Shown piece after piece: positions 8,790-19,069 of a stretch of DNA of 64,000 bases (its first letter is position 1; every line of letters begins with the position of its first letter). Source of the stretch: Chitinophagales bacterium (GTDB lineage Bacteria; Bacteroidota; Bacteroidia; Chitinophagales; LD1); the NCBI GenBank assembly GCA_046329495.1, contig JAXLUO010000018.1, positions 15,045 through 79,044 on the forward strand, given 5' to 3'. A program made the translations under genes and the position numbers. The notes under the pieces were generated by a model. It did no database searches. It was not told where the DNA came from and saw only the letters and a list, made by a program, of their open reading frames with translations.

Positions 8790-10589
8790 ATGAGCTTAAA
8801 AGGCGGTGCATTTATTACCGGTGAAACTGATTATAAGGACATCTTTTTACCCGAAGAATGGTCGGAAGAACAATTGATGGTGCGCGATATGGTGAAGGAT
8901 TTCTGTCTAAAAGAAATCCATGGCCTGGGCATTGATAAAGCTGCTGCGCTCGATGCCTCGAAAGACTTACCCTTTATTGTAGAATTATTAGAAAAATCAG
9001 CAGAGCTGGGTTTATGTGGTCTATCAATTGATAAAGATTACGGCGGTTTGGACCTCGACTTTAATACCGGCTTATTGTTTGGCGAAGCTATTGCTTTAGG
9101 GTTTTCATTTGCTACCACTATTGGCGCGCAAACGTCTATTGGTTCATTACCTATCGTTTTTTATGGCACACCCGAACAAAAGCAGAAATACCTGCCGGGT
9201 ATTGCAACAGCTAAACTAAAAGCTTCTTATTGTCTTACCGAACCAGGGGCAGGTTCCGATGCAAATAGCGGAAGAACCAAAGCCACTTTATTGCCCGATG
9301 GCAAAGGTTATTTGTTGAACGGGCAGAAGATGTGGATTACCAACGGGGGCTTTGCGGATGTATTTATTGTGTTCGCCAAAATTGAAGACGACAAGGACCT
9401 TTCAGCCTTCATCGTTGAAAAAGCTTTTGGTGGCATACAACTTGGTAAAGAAGAAAAGAAGTTGGGGATTAAAGGTTCATCTACTGTTCAGGTATTCTTT
9501 AATAACTGTCCCGTACCGGCTGAAAACCTCTTAGCCAAACGTGGTGAAGGTTTTAAAATAGCACTCAACATTTTAAATACCGGCCGTATAAAACTTTCTG
9601 CCGGTGCTATTGGCGGTAGTAAGTTTGCCATCAGCCGGGCGGTAGAATACGCCAACCAACGCGAACAATTCGGTCAGCCCATAAGTGCTTTTGGTGCTAT
9701 GCAATATAAGATCGGCGAAATGGTTATGCGCACTTTTGCTACTGAGTCTGCTATTTATCGTACCGGCAGTAATATCGATCGTAAACAGGAAGCTTTTGTA
9801 AAGCAGGGTATGGATAAAAGCCAGGCAAAGCTTTTGGCAGTACGCGAATTTGCTGTTGAGTGTGCCATATTAAAGGTAGTTGGCAGCGATGTGCTGGACT
9901 ACGTAGTTGACGAAGCCTTGCAAATGCACGGCGGCATGGGTTATGCAGTTGAAACCGGCATTGAAATGGGCTATCGCGATGCACGCATTACCCGTATCTA
10001 CGAAGGCACCAACGAGATCAACCGCTTGCTCTCTGTAGCTGAATTAACACGCAGGGCACTTAAAACGAAAGAGGTAGATTTAATAGGTGCCGGCAAAAAA
10101 CTACCCGCATTATTCTTTAAACAATTGCTTCCGTTTAAAGGCAAAAACGGCTTTGAGGAAGAACGCCGCATAGTGCGAAACATAAAGGCAGCCTTCCTGC
10201 TTATCTCCGGTGCTGCAGGCAACAAACTGCGCGAGAAAATGGTGGACGAACAGGAAATAGTAATGAACCTGGCTGATATCCTTGCCGAATCTTATATAGC
10301 TGAATCGGTGCTTTTACGCGTAATGAAACTTGCAGAGAAAAAGGATCACCCGGCAGAAGAATTAGCTGTGCAGCGCAAACTGCTGCAACTGTATTTATAT
10401 GAATCCCTTGATAAGATCCGTAAATCCGGTCGCGATGCCATTGCAGCCTATGCTAACGGAATAGAAAAAGGCACCATGAACTATTTACTAAGGTTGCTTA
10501 CGCCTGCTTACAATGTTAACTCAAAAGAATTACGTAGGGCAGTGGCAGCTTACGCCATTAAAAAGAATGCTTATCCCTTCGTAGCTTAG
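8790..10589 (+). CDS. Acyl-CoA dehydrogenase (long form, about 600 aa)
   Basis: ACAD hallmarks: CLTEPGAGSDA, QKMWITNGG, and RIYEGTNEI near the catalytic Glu. Confidence 0.9.
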   Translation: MSLKGGAFITGETDYKDIFLPEEWSEEQLMVRDMVKDFCLKEIHGLGIDKAAALDASKDLPFIVELLEKSAELGLCGLSIDKDYGGLDLDFNTGLLFGEAIALGFSFATTIGAQTSIGSLPIVFYGTPEQKQKYLPGIATAKLKASYCLTEPGAGSDANSGRTKATLLPDGKGYLLNGQKMWITNGGFADVFIVFAKIEDDKDLSAFIVEKAFGGIQLGKEEKKLGIKGSSTVQVFFNNCPVPAENLLAKRGEGFKIALNILNTGRIKLSAGAIGGSKFAISRAVEYANQREQFGQPISAFGAMQYKIGEMVMRTFATESAIYRTGSNIDRKQEAFVKQGMDKSQAKLLAVREFAVECAILKVVGSDVLDYVVDEALQMHGGMGYAVETGIEMGYRDARITRIYEGTNEINRLLSVAELTRRALKTKEVDLIGAGKKLPALFFKQLLPFKGKNGFEEERRIVRNIKAAFLLISGAAGNKLREKMVDEQEIVMNLADILAESYIAESVLLRVMKLAEKKDHPAEELAVQRKLLQLYLYESLDKIRKSGRDAIAAYANGIEKGTMNYLLRLLTPAYNVNSKELRRAVAAYAIKKNAYPFVA

Positions 10590-10598
10590 CCTATACCT

Positions 10599-11192
10599 AT
10601 GCGTCCTTCAGTGAAGTATTACCTTATCACCTACAACCTGGTGGCCGTCCTTGCCTGGTTAGCTTATCTGGTCGATTTCCTGGCTTCGGGCTTTAGCATT
10701 TCGCCCAGCGGATTGATCATGTTAAACATTGCCCAGGGCTTAGCCTTGTTGGAAATAGCACACACACTGTTACGTTGGGTAAGGTCGCCGGTATTAAGCA
10801 CTGCAGCGCAGGTGGCATCCCGTTTACTGGTATTGGTGCTAATTAATTTCTTCTTATCCGACCGGCCGTTTCGTGGCATTACAAGCCACGGCATACTTAT
10901 CGTTTCCTTTGCATGGAGCATAACGGAACTAGTCCGCTATTCTTTTTACTTCCTGCAGTTGTTAGGCGTTCAACCGCGGTGGTTAATGTGGATGCGTTAT
11001 TCCTTCTTTATTGTGCTTTACCCAACCGGAGTTACAGGGGAATGGCTTATCATCTTAACACCAATAGTAGCGCAGCATTTTAAGTTGAACATCTATGTTG
11101 CTTTTGCTGCTGTGCTTGCCATTTCCTACATCTATTATTTCCCGGTGCTATATGGATACATGTGGAAGCAGCGTAACACCAAACTGAAATAA
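10599..11192 (+). CDS. PTPLA/HACD-family membrane protein (3-hydroxyacyl-CoA dehydratase-like)
   Basis: The blocks LALLEIAHTLLRWVRSPVLSTAAQVASR, WSITELVRYSFY and RYSFFIVLYPTGVTGEW match my recollection of conserved blocks in eukaryotic HACD1-4/PHS1. Confidence 0.7.
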   Translation: MRPSVKYYLITYNLVAVLAWLAYLVDFLASGFSISPSGLIMLNIAQGLALLEIAHTLLRWVRSPVLSTAAQVASRLLVLVLINFFLSDRPFRGITSHGILIVSFAWSITELVRYSFYFLQLLGVQPRWLMWMRYSFFIVLYPTGVTGEWLIILTPIVAQHFKLNIYVAFAAVLAISYIYYFPVLYGYMWKQRNTKLK

Positions 11193-11224
11193 AAAGCGGC
11201 GCGCCCCCCGGGCAACGCCGCTTT
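11193..11224. terminator. Bidirectional hairpin terminator between convergent genes
   Basis: aaagcggcg ... cgccgcttt: a GC-rich stem flanked by an A-run and a T-run. Confidence 0.55.
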
Positions 11225-11293
11225 ACTCACCTAAAGCACAGAAAGTTAAAGTGAAGCGGTTTCGGCTTACCCAAGCCTACGCCGCCTCAACGG

Positions 11294-14284
11294 TTATTGC
11301 AACTTTTCAATATTCAACGAAATAGTAGTGCCTAAATTACCATCAAACACAAATATGGTTGCGCCCGATGAATTACGAATACCAACTACATCACCGGCAC
11401 TTAAATTCACTATAACCGTGTTTGTGCAAAGTGCAGCATTGCGTACTGCAATTTTGCTACCGGTGGCCGAAGTGCCGTTAACCGTAATTTCTACCGACCC
11501 GGCAGTATTACTGGCTACACCATAAGTTATTTTATAAAGCCCGCTGGCAGGAGCAATTACACCATTCGAAAGAGCAGTGAACCCTCCCTGATTTACCGTT
11601 ACATTGTTTAAAGGCATGTTTGCGTTTGCCAACATATTAATTGATATATCGCTGTAAGCACTGTAAACAGGTAGTGTTAAAGAACGCCATTCAGCCGTGC
11701 CACTTGCATCAATCGAAGTAAGCACATAATTAGCCTGGGCTGTGCCGTCGTCTATTCTAACATTGCCCTGCACATCTAAGGCAGCGCTTAAAAAAGTATT
11801 CGGCCCTATACCAACATGTCCACTGTTATCAACTACAAATCGTTGCTGGCCTAACGTTGTAACACTCAGGTAACCATCGTTCCCTGCTGTACCACGGTGG
11901 AAGCGCAGCATGGCATTCTCCTGTGTTCCGTAAGCACCTCCTAACTGACCAATCAAATCGCCAAAGTTGTTGCTGGATGAACCACTGGTTGCCACTACAT
12001 GGAAATTCGGATCGCCTAAGGCAGTAGCAAACGAAGCTGTAATTCCTTGTGGGGTTGCATTCCATGGACGCACCGTAAAAGGATAAGATGTATTACCTGT
12101 TCCTACACCTACATTATTCGTAGCGTTGTCAATCTTGAATGCCGAACCATTCGGAGTTTCCATGTCAAACATGTAACTATCGCTTATTAAGCGATTATGA
12201 TAATCCGATGTTCCATCATTAGTAAAGTCGATGTATTGCGCTGCAGCAGAATTTAAACTACGTAGCTCAATACCCGCAGCACCAATACCTGTATTGGTTA
12301 AAAATACACGTGTGTCATTCAAGGCCCCTTGAATATCCAAAGCCGCACCGGGAGCATTGGTGCCTATGCCTACGTTACCCCCGTTGTTATAAATATTTGC
12401 GCTGCTAACTACCCACTGGCTGCCATCCCAATAAGGCGTATTGCCTGCTGCACTGCCATCCGGCAACAAACCGGTTGCGCCGGTTACACCCTGCGGGCCT
12501 TGCGGACCTGTATCACCTGTGGCACCTTGCGGCCCCTGCGCACCTGTAGCGCCTGTGGCACCTGGAACAGCATCCTGCCAGCTCGCTAATCCATTCGCAT
12601 CGCTGGTTAACACTTTTCCTGATCCCTCTGTACCATCGGCAATTTTCACATTGCCTTGCACATCAAGGGTTGCACCCAGAAACGTATTAGCACCTATACC
12701 TACATGTCCGCTGTTATCTACAACAAAGCGTTGCTGGCCTAAAGTGGTAACACTTAAATAACCATCATTGCCGGCAGTGCCGCGATGGAAGCGCAGCATG
12801 GCATTCTCTTGCGTGCCATAAGCACCGCCTAACTGCCCTATCAAATCACCAAAGTTATTGCTGGATGAACCACTGGTTGCCACTACATGGAAATTCGCAT
12901 CGCCCAACGCAGTAGCAAACGAAGCTGTAATGCCTTGTGGGGTTGCATTCAGCGGACGCACAGTAAACGGATAAGATGTATTACCTGTTCCTACACCAAC
13001 GTTATTCGTAAAATTATCTATCTTGAATGCTGAACCATTCGGTGTTTCCATGTCAAACATGTAACTGTCACTAATCAAGCGATTGTGATAATCCGATGTC
13101 CCATCATTAGTAAAGTCGATGTATTGCGCGGCAGCCGAATTTAAACTGCGCAATTCCATACCGGCTGCACCAATACCGGTATTAGTTAAATTAATACTGG
13201 CACCGGTTGAAGCCTGCTCAATGTCCAAAGCGGCATCGGGTGTAGTAGTGCCTATACCTATATTACCGCCATTATTGTAAATATTTGCGCTACTAACTAC
13301 CCATTGTGTACCATCCCAGTAAGGTGTGTTGCCTGCAGCAGTACCATCGGGCAACAAACCTGTTGCTCCGGTTACCCCCTGCAATCCCTGCGGACCTTGT
13401 GCACCTGTATCACCAGTTGCTCCTTGTATACCTTGTGGCCCCTGTGCACCTGTGTCGCCGGTAGCACCCTGTATGCCTTGAGGCCCTTGAGGTCCGGTAT
13501 CACCTGTCGCACCCTGCAATCCTTGCGGGCCTTGTGCGCCAGTGTCGCCTGTTGCGCCTTGTATACCCTGTGGGCCTTGTGCGCCGGTATCGCCGGTAGG
13601 GCCTTGCAATCCTTGCGGGCCTGTATCACCTTGTGCGCCGGTTACACCCTGCACGCCTTGCGGACCTTGCGCTCCGGTAGCACCGGTTACGCCCTGTATA
13701 CCTTGCGGTCCTTGTGCGCCGGTATCGCCGGTAGGGCCTTGTAATCCTTGCGGGCCTGTATCACCTTGTGCACCGGTTACACCCTGCACGCCTTGCGGAC
13801 CTTGCGCGCCGGTATCACCGGTAGGGCCTTGCAAACCTTGCGGACCTTGTGCCCCCGTATTCCCTGTAGGACCTTGAGGACCCGCTGCGCTATTACCTGC
13901 ATACAGCGCATAGGGCACACTCAGCAGTTGCGATGTTCCCATGTTAGTGTAACTGCCGGTGTTATTAATATCCGTTTCAACCTGCAGATATTTTGATCCG
14001 CCACCCCAGTTTACTGTCGCCAGGTTGCCGGTTGAACCAATTTCAGCCGTAACCAGACCGAACGAATTAGCAGTAGTGCTTATCACTTCGCTATAAACGG
14101 TACTACCACCTGGCGAGCCATCATGAATGGTAAAACGTAATTTCACTGACGTGCCATTGGCAACGGTATTGCCTGTGGCATCGCGCACCACAGCCTGGTA
14201 ATTTACTTGTTGCGGCGATTGCGCCATGCCGGTTAGCAGTAGTAGCGCACACATTAAAATGGTTAGTTGTAGTTTCAATCTCAT
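11294..14284 (-). CDS. Secreted collagen-like triple-helix repeat protein with duplicated tail-fiber-like modules and a C1q/BclA-like C-terminal domain
   Basis: Signal peptide. 58 uninterrupted GXY triplets (aa 135-308) plus a second run of 10 triplets. Two 296 aa modules. The last 130 aa follow a jelly-roll-like pattern ([23 protein letters not shown]). Confidence 0.85.
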   Translation of the reverse strand: MRLKLQLTILMCALLLLTGMAQSPQQVNYQAVVRDATGNTVANGTSVKLRFTIHDGSPGGSTVYSEVISTTANSFGLVTAEIGSTGNLATVNWGGGSKYLQVETDINNTGSYTNMGTSQLLSVPYALYAGNSAAGPQGPTGNTGAQGPQGLQGPTGDTGAQGPQGVQGVTGAQGDTGPQGLQGPTGDTGAQGPQGIQGVTGATGAQGPQGVQGVTGAQGDTGPQGLQGPTGDTGAQGPQGIQGATGDTGAQGPQGLQGATGDTGPQGPQGIQGATGDTGAQGPQGIQGATGDTGAQGPQGLQGVTGATGLLPDGTAAGNTPYWDGTQWVVSSANIYNNGGNIGIGTTTPDAALDIEQASTGASINLTNTGIGAAGMELRSLNSAAAQYIDFTNDGTSDYHNRLISDSYMFDMETPNGSAFKIDNFTNNVGVGTGNTSYPFTVRPLNATPQGITASFATALGDANFHVVATSGSSSNNFGDLIGQLGGAYGTQENAMLRFHRGTAGNDGYLSVTTLGQQRFVVDNSGHVGIGANTFLGATLDVQGNVKIADGTEGSGKVLTSDANGLASWQDAVPGATGATGAQGPQGATGDTGPQGPQGVTGATGLLPDGSAAGNTPYWDGSQWVVSSANIYNNGGNVGIGTNAPGAALDIQGALNDTRVFLTNTGIGAAGIELRSLNSAAAQYIDFTNDGTSDYHNRLISDSYMFDMETPNGSAFKIDNATNNVGVGTGNTSYPFTVRPWNATPQGITASFATALGDPNFHVVATSGSSSNNFGDLIGQLGGAYGTQENAMLRFHRGTAGNDGYLSVTTLGQQRFVVDNSGHVGIGPNTFLSAALDVQGNVRIDDGTAQANYVLTSIDASGTAEWRSLTLPVYSAYSDISINMLANANMPLNNVTVNQGGFTALSNGVIAPASGLYKITYGVASNTAGSVEITVNGTSATGSKIAVRNAALCTNTVIVNLSAGDVVGIRNSSGATIFVFDGNLGTTISLNIEKLQ
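11687..13378 (-). repeat. Intragenic tandem duplication, 2 x 888 nt (296 aa module)
   Basis: ccatccca at 13311 and at 12423 gives a period of 888 nt. The protein modules [12 protein letters not shown]...[26 protein letters not shown]...DVQGNV.I.DGT are near-identical. Confidence 0.85.
13361..13882 (-). repeat. Collagen-like GXY coding repeat (58 triplets, mostly GPQ/GAQ/GDT/GAT/GLQ/GIQ)
   Basis: Counted directly from the translation. Confidence 0.9.
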
Positions 14285-14523
14285 ACAATTGGGTTTTTAA
14301 ATGAGTTGGGGCTTTGATACAGCCGGCGGCCGATCGCAGCATTTTTGTTTAGTCCGGCCACAAATGTCACGAACTCAAACACGCATTTGTGTCTAAATTT
14401 TAATCAAAAGTCGAATGGCCGATTTTGGCCTTCAGGTGGGTTTACCGCATTATCAAACAGTTAAGGTGTTGGCCTCTCATTGTCCTGCTTGCCGATGCGT
14501 GGTGTTTTTCTACATTTGCCGCT

Positions 14524-15186
14524 ATGGAGCAAATTTTTCACCTGGCCGTAGAATTAATTAAAAACATCAGCAATCCCGATTACGTGTATGCCCTTATCAA
14601 GCAATACAACGTAGTATTCTATACCGTTTTCTTCCTTATCATTTTTATTGAAACAGGTTTGGTTGTTTGGCCATTGTTACCCGGCGATTCTTTATTGTTC
14701 CTGATTGGTGCCGCCATTGCTGCTACCGGCGCTTTAAAGCTTGAAATAGTTATCCCGCTTTTAATTGCTGCAGCGCTTTTAGGCGATAACGTTAATTACA
14801 TGGTAGGCAAATTCTTCGGCACACAGATAAAAAAACGTGAGCGCATCCTATTCTTTAAACGCGAATACCTCACCCAAACCGAAGAATTTTATGCCAAACA
14901 CGGTGGCAAAACAGTTATCATGGCCCGCTTTATACCTATTGTTCGCACCATTGCTCCTTTTGTGGCCGGTGCAGGCAGTATGCCATATACCCGCTATATC
15001 GTGTTCTGTGTTATTGGTGCCGTGTTATGGGTAGCTGGTGTAACCTCCTTAGGCTATTGGTTTGGCGGTATCGAGATCATCAAAAACAACTTCGAAAAAG
15101 TTTTACTGGCCATCATCTTTATATCTGTAGCCCCGGTTATCTGGCAGTTTATCAAAGCACAGCGCAACAAAAAAGCGGCCGCTTAA
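14524..15186 (+). CDS. DedA/VTT-family membrane protein
   Basis: LPGDSLLF motif, ARFIPIVRTIAPFVAGAG, multiple transmembrane segments. The start is set at the internal ATG (MEQIF). Confidence 0.8.
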   Translation: MEQIFHLAVELIKNISNPDYVYALIKQYNVVFYTVFFLIIFIETGLVVWPLLPGDSLLFLIGAAIAATGALKLEIVIPLLIAAALLGDNVNYMVGKFFGTQIKKRERILFFKREYLTQTEEFYAKHGGKTVIMARFIPIVRTIAPFVAGAGSMPYTRYIVFCVIGAVLWVAGVTSLGYWFGGIEIIKNNFEKVLLAIIFISVAPVIWQFIKAQRNKKAAA

Positions 15187-15198
15187 ATTATTTGTAGT

Positions 15199-15927
15199 GT
15201 GAAACAGTATGGACTCATAGGTTTTCCGCTTTCGCACTCCTTCTCTAAAAAGTATTTCGGGGAAAAATTCCTGCGCGAAGGAATAACCGACTGCGGCTAT
15301 GAACTCTACCCGCTTCAAAACATAAACGAGCTGCCAGCACTGTTAAGCGCACAAAAGCAGCTATGCGGCTTAAATGTTACAGTTCCCTATAAGGAGGCTG
15401 TCCTCCCCTATCTAAACAAGTTATCAAACGAAGCCGCGCAAATAGGTGCCGTTAACTGTATTAAAATACATGATGGCCAACTAACAGGCTACAACACCGA
15501 TGCCTTCGGTTTCCGTCAATCGCTGGTGGGTTTCATAAAGCAACCGCCCCAACAAACGTTTGTATTAGGCACCGGCGGCTCCTCAAAAGCCGTGCAGTAT
15601 GTGCTTAATCAATTAGGCTGGCCTTATGTAATGGTATCGCGCACCCCGCAACCCGGCGCTATTATCTATGCCCAAATAGCCGCTGCCATGCAACAACACA
15701 ACCTATTTATCAATACTACGCCCTTAGGCATGTTTCCTCATACACAAGTCTGTCCGGATATCCCATACACCCTGCTAACCGCTAATGATTCCTTGTTCGA
15801 TTTAATTTATAACCCGGCAGAAACTTTATTCCTCCAAAAGGGTAAACAACAGGGTTGTCGAATAAAAAACGGTTTGGAAATGCTGGAGTTGCAGGCTGAA
15901 GAAAGCTGGCGTATCTGGACTACCTAA
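15199..15927 (+). CDS. aroE: Shikimate 5-dehydrogenase
   Basis: YGLIGFPLSHSFSKKYF, NVTVPYK, NTD, and the GTGGSSKAV Rossmann motif. GTG start. Confidence 0.85.
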   Translation: MKQYGLIGFPLSHSFSKKYFGEKFLREGITDCGYELYPLQNINELPALLSAQKQLCGLNVTVPYKEAVLPYLNKLSNEAAQIGAVNCIKIHDGQLTGYNTDAFGFRQSLVGFIKQPPQQTFVLGTGGSSKAVQYVLNQLGWPYVMVSRTPQPGAIIYAQIAAAMQQHNLFINTTPLGMFPHTQVCPDIPYTLLTANDSLFDLIYNPAETLFLQKGKQQGCRIKNGLEMLELQAEESWRIWTT

Positions 15928-17372
15928 GCCTTTTTAGCTTGTTGTGCCGACCAATAATAATAGATTGGTATACCCGCTGCAACAATTGCTAAGCCCATCG
16001 CTGCATTGGTCCACTTCATCACCAATAGGTTAATGCAAAAAGCCGATGCAAGAACAATGTATATGGCAGGTATAACCGGATAACCAAATGCCTTATAAGG
16101 GCGCTCAGCATCCGGCATCTTTTTGCGCAGAATAAAAATACCTGCTATGGTAAGTATGTAAAACAGCATTACGGCAAACATTACATAGTCCAGCAAATCG
16201 CCGTAACTGCCCGATAAACAGAGCAACGAAGCCCACAGACACTGAATCCATAAAGCAATACCGGGCACACCGTTGCTATTGTTATGCTTCATCCGCTCAA
16301 AGAACAATTTGTCTTTAGCCATAGTTTGATACACCCGTACGCTGGCCAGAATAATGCCATTGTTACAACCAAAGGTGCTAATCATAATCAGCACCGCCAT
16401 AACCACGGTTCCTGTTCCGCCAAAAATCATAGTAGCCGCTGCACTACCCACGCGGTCATACTCCGCAAATTGCAACCCCCTGCTAATCACATCTTGTCCG
16501 TTAGGGTCACCATAAAACGGCAGTAGTTTTAAATAGGCTACGTTCGCTAACATATAAATGGTTACCACAATACCGGTACCAATAAACAACGAGAGCGGAA
16601 TGTTTCGTTTGGGCTGATCAATTTCCCCGGCAATAAAGGTCACATTGTTCCAGGCATCGCTGCTGAATAACGAGCCTACCAGCGCCACGCCAATAGCTGC
16701 CATTATACCTATGCCCGATAAAGAGGAACTGCTCCATGTGCCTGCTGCATCCTTTTGCCAGGTAACTGTATCCCAAAAATGCGCCGTGTTATTTTGCCAT
16801 ATCTCAGGCTTAGCGAAAAAGAATAACCCTAATAGTATTAAGCCAAACAGCGCTAAAAGTTTTGTACTGGTAAAAATGCGGTTGATAAGCTTACCGTAGT
16901 TAATGCCAAGGCTATTAATAGCGGTAAGCGCAATAATCAGCATTATACCCAGCACCTGTGCCGCCGAAATTTTAAAGGTGCCCCATTGCATTAAAATATG
17001 CTTATCGCCAAACGACTCGTGCAACACCCCCACATATTTGGCAAAGGCAACCGCTACCGCAGCTATGGTGCCTGTTTGTACAATGGCAAACAAACTCCAG
17101 CCATATAGAAAAGCCACAAACGGATTATAAGCTTCTTTAAGGTAAACATATTGACCGCCGGCTGCGGGAAACATACCTGCCAATTCGCCATAACTAAGCG
17201 CGGCGAAAATGGTCATCAATCCCGAAATAGCCCAGGCTACTAACAGCCAGCCCGGCGCGCCTACTGTGCGGCCAATATCTGATGCCACTACAAATATGCC
17301 GCTGCCAATCATGCCACTGGCAACTATCAACGTGGCGTCTAATAATTTAAGAGGCTTCTTCGATTCGGCCAT
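15924..17372 (-). CDS. APC-family amino acid permease
   Basis: 482 aa, about 12 transmembrane segments, the GSGIF motif and APC-like organisation. Confidence 0.8.
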   Translation of the reverse strand: MAESKKPLKLLDATLIVASGMIGSGIFVVASDIGRTVGAPGWLLVAWAISGLMTIFAALSYGELAGMFPAAGGQYVYLKEAYNPFVAFLYGWSLFAIVQTGTIAAVAVAFAKYVGVLHESFGDKHILMQWGTFKISAAQVLGIMLIIALTAINSLGINYGKLINRIFTSTKLLALFGLILLGLFFFAKPEIWQNNTAHFWDTVTWQKDAAGTWSSSSLSGIGIMAAIGVALVGSLFSSDAWNNVTFIAGEIDQPKRNIPLSLFIGTGIVVTIYMLANVAYLKLLPFYGDPNGQDVISRGLQFAEYDRVGSAAATMIFGGTGTVVMAVLIMISTFGCNNGIILASVRVYQTMAKDKLFFERMKHNNSNGVPGIALWIQCLWASLLCLSGSYGDLLDYVMFAVMLFYILTIAGIFILRKKMPDAERPYKAFGYPVIPAIYIVLASAFCINLLVMKWTNAAMGLAIVAAGIPIYYYWSAQQAKKA

Positions 17373-17386
17373 GGAAGGATTTAAAA

Positions 17387-19015
17387 CTAATCAAGCTTAA
17401 AGCGACGCAACAACTGGTTCATCAATATCCAGATCATTACAATCAATTGCACCACTGCCATCATTATAACACCTATGCTGGCAAAAATTGCCGCCATAAT
17501 AAAGGTAAGAATGGTAATGATAACAATAGGCGCTGTTTCGCCGATAAAGGACAATTTACTGCCCTCCCGATCTGCCAAACGGCTTCTGCGCATGCCATAC
17601 AGGTAATATAAATCTAAACCAAGCGCCATCCATACTACCAGTCGCAACCAGGTGTCGGCCGGTAAAAACACCATCATAAATAAGCAAACAACAATACCCA
17701 ATATAGGCACCAATGGCACCAACGGGGTTTTAAAAGCGCGCGGAGCATCCGGGTCAGTTTTGCGCATCACCAATACACCGGCACAAACCAGCACAAAAGC
17801 CAGTAAGGTACCTATGCTGGTCATTTCGCCTACTATACGCGCAGGCACAAACGCTGCAAACAAACTAACGAACAGCATAAACAGCAGGTTCGATTTCCAC
17901 GGCGTTTGGAAGTTTGGATGCACATCAGAAAATACTTTAGGCAACAAACCATCCTTACTCATCGAGAAGAACACTCTTGATTGACCCATCAACATCACCA
18001 TAATAACCGATGAATAACCGGCAAGGATGGCCACAATCACTGCCTTCTGTAACCAAACGTAAGGTGTGTGCTGTATGGCAACAGCAACCGGTGCAATACC
18101 ATCCTGACCTTTAAACTCGCTGTAGTGCGCCAGGCCGGTCATTACATGCGCAAACAGGATATACAGCACCGTGCAAATAGCCAGCGAAACCAGGATACCG
18201 ATAGGCATACCTTTAGCCGGATTTTTAGCTTCCTGCGCAGCCGTACTCACCGCATCAAAACCAATGTAAGCAAAGAAGATAATGGCCGAGGCACGCACAA
18301 TGCCGCTCCAGCCGTATTCACCAAATACACCGGTGTTATCAGGTATATAAGGGGTGTAGTTAGCCGTGTTAATGTAGGCCCAACCCAGTGCAATAAAAAT
18401 TAGCACTACCGATACCTTCAGCGCAACGATAATATTATTCACCAGCGACGATTCGCGGGTACCCTTGATTAGCAGTAAAGACATGGCCACCACAATAAAA
18501 ACTGCAGGCAGGTTTATAAAGCCTGAGGCTATTGTTCCATCAGCTAAGGTTACGCTATCCCACGGCCCCATCGAAAGGCTTACCGGTAGGTGCAAATCGT
18601 AATACTGTAATAACTTAGTAAAGTAGCGCGACCAGCTAATAGATACGGTGGCCGCACCAACTGCATATTCCAACACTAAATCCCAACCAATAATCCAGGC
18701 CAAAAATTCGCCCAGCGTAGCATACGAATAGGTATATGCGCTGCCCGCTACCGGTATCATACTGGCAAACTCGGCGTAACAAAGGCCTGCAAATGCACAG
18801 CCTATAGCTGCAATTACAAACGAAATGGTAACGGCCGGACCCGCATTATTCGCCGCCGCTAAACCTGTAATCGAAAACAAGCCGGCACCTATAATGGCAC
18901 CAATGCCAAGTGTTACCAGGTTAAAGGATGATAACGTTTTCTTAAGCGTATGCGTTCCATCTTCCGACTCGCTGATTAATTGCGCGATGGTTTTCTTTTT
19001 AAACAGGTCAGCCAT
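17387..19015 (-). CDS. APC-family amino acid permease (cationic amino acid transporter-like)
   Basis: 542 aa. GAIIGAGLF, AEFASMIPVAGSAYTYSY and the FIGFDAVSTAAQEAKNP block are typical of CAT-type APC transporters. Confidence 0.85.
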   Translation of the reverse strand: MADLFKKKTIAQLISESEDGTHTLKKTLSSFNLVTLGIGAIIGAGLFSITGLAAANNAGPAVTISFVIAAIGCAFAGLCYAEFASMIPVAGSAYTYSYATLGEFLAWIIGWDLVLEYAVGAATVSISWSRYFTKLLQYYDLHLPVSLSMGPWDSVTLADGTIASGFINLPAVFIVVAMSLLLIKGTRESSLVNNIIVALKVSVVLIFIALGWAYINTANYTPYIPDNTGVFGEYGWSGIVRASAIIFFAYIGFDAVSTAAQEAKNPAKGMPIGILVSLAICTVLYILFAHVMTGLAHYSEFKGQDGIAPVAVAIQHTPYVWLQKAVIVAILAGYSSVIMVMLMGQSRVFFSMSKDGLLPKVFSDVHPNFQTPWKSNLLFMLFVSLFAAFVPARIVGEMTSIGTLLAFVLVCAGVLVMRKTDPDAPRAFKTPLVPLVPILGIVVCLFMMVFLPADTWLRLVVWMALGLDLYYLYGMRRSRLADREGSKLSFIGETAPIVIITILTFIMAAIFASIGVIMMAVVQLIVMIWILMNQLLRRFKLD

Positions 19016-19069
19016 GTATGTATCAATAGTTTAGCTTAGGGTAAATGTATTTATTTATTGCAGAAAAGG

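Noticed and set aside
12329-13996. Multiple ORFs of 80-146 aa on the plus strand, and one on the minus strand in an alternative frame, inside the collagen-like gene.
   Set aside because: These are frame-shifted or antisense readings of the GC-rich GXY repeat (runs of CGP/PCA/LRT). They are stop-poor artefacts of repeat composition lying entirely within a much longer, well-supported CDS.
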